A stretch of 64,000 nt of DNA from Clostridia bacterium (lineage in GTDB: Bacteria; Bacillota; Clostridia; Christensenellales; Aristaeellaceae), in the NCBI GenBank assembly GCA_017527065.1, contig JAFXQO010000073.1, positions 1,693 to 65,692 of the forward strand, in the 5' to 3' direction. Below are positions 63,669-64,000 of this stretch, piece after piece. The notes beneath the pieces are model-generated. The model was not told the DNA's origin. It ran no database searches and saw nothing but the letters and a program-made list of their open reading frames with translations. A program made the translations under genes and the position numbers. Each line of letters starts with the position of its first letter. Positions within the stretch are counted from its first letter, which is position 1.

Positions 63669-63876
63669 CAATGTCATCAACTTAAGCCATATGTAACTGC
63701 GAAGCGTGGCATTGGCAGACCCTTCAGGCAGCTTCGCTGCCAGCTCCCCTGAAAGGGGAGCCAAGATTCGCTCGTGTCTCGCCTCCCCTTTCAGGGGAGG
63801 TGCCGAGCGCAGCGAGGCGGAAGGGTCCGTTCCCGTTGCGGTGTATTGACATACATTCCTTGAGTTTATGACATTG
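63669..63876. repeat. ~208-bp nested-palindrome (MITE/REP-like) element, copy 2
   Basis: Terminal inverted repeats are CAATGTCATCAACTTAAG (63669-63686) and CTTGAGTTTATGACATTG (63859-63876). The core GACCCTTCAGGC...GCTCCCCTGAAAGGGGAGCCAAG...CCCCTTTCAGGGGAGGTGCCGAGCGCAGCGAGGC matches 14829-15040. Confidence 0.8.
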
Positions 63877-63897
63877 GCTGAAAGGGGACGCGGCTGC

Positions 63898-64000
63898 ATG
63901 TCTGTATATATCTCATTCGACGGCGGGGGCAGCAAGCTGAACGGCATGATGTTCGACGAAAACCTCCACCTGCTGGGCGCGGGGCGCTCGGGGGGCATCA
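63898..64000 (+). CDS. BadF/BadG/BcrA/BcrD-type ATPase (N-acetylglucosamine-kinase-like), N-terminal fragment
   Basis: ATG at 63898. MSVYISFDGGGSKLNGMMFDE is the FDGGGSK phosphate-1 motif of this sugar-kinase family. The gene runs off the window. Confidence 0.6.
   Translation, partial: MSVYISFDGGGSKLNGMMFDENLHLLGAGRSGGI

Noticed and set aside
63846-63876. Outward-facing promoter carried by the right end of repeat copy 2 (TTGACA at 63846)
   Set aside because: No acceptable -10 hexamer lies at 16-18 nt spacing (only TGACAT/TATGAC-like). It is mentioned in the findings only as a possibility.

Overview
This is a high-GC (roughly 60-65% by eye) chromosomal segment. Its gene content suggests a spore-forming gut Clostridia lineage, possibly Oscillospiraceae/Ruminococcaceae-like. 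That placement is inferred from the IspH-S1 fusion, the CotH, YhcN/YlaJ and Spo0A_C genes, and the sialic-acid and fucose genes. Most of the window is ordinary core and accessory metabolism.

Gene content in order:
- A minus-strand ABC uptake operon that ends in three phosphoester or sugar-phosphate enzymes (1-7083).
- A small sugar-modification neighbourhood (7353-11369).
- A tRNA-Gln/tRNA-Glu operon, then guaB and a Phe T-box driving pheST.
- Membrane, secreted and oxidoreductase genes.
- A plus-strand block of YprB-like RNaseH/TPR, LTD-CotH, XpaC, TelA, LemA-like and TPM genes.
- rpsF-ssb-rpsR, murG and the ispH-S1 fusion.
- A Phd/PIN toxin-antitoxin pair, then a leaderless sialidase-like gene with a NanA-like lyase.
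- ychF and cell-wall glycosylation genes.
- The argC-GNAT-argJ-argB-argD-carA-carB operon.
- CYTH, esterase and GNAT genes, fucI, and the start of a BadF/BadG-type sugar kinase.

The most unusual locus is a 1.1-kb, partly AT-rich micro-island (11655-12985) directly downstream of tRNA-Glu. It is bounded by 102-bp direct repeats, each made of the 3' part of the tRNA plus its terminator. It carries two small genes with double-glycine leader motifs, one of which has a (Val-Pro)10 core. No recombinase, transporter or immunity gene is visible in the window.

Several long nested-palindrome or MITE-like repeats also sit in intergenic regions (14829-15040, 63669-63876, 61284-61597). A heptamer-armed palindrome lies between pheS and pheT.

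I saw no CRISPR array, rRNA gene, intact IS or prophage, and no recognisable named defence system. All calls rest on reading the sequence and remembered family motifs. No database search was run, and coordinates of RNA and repeat features were hand-counted.
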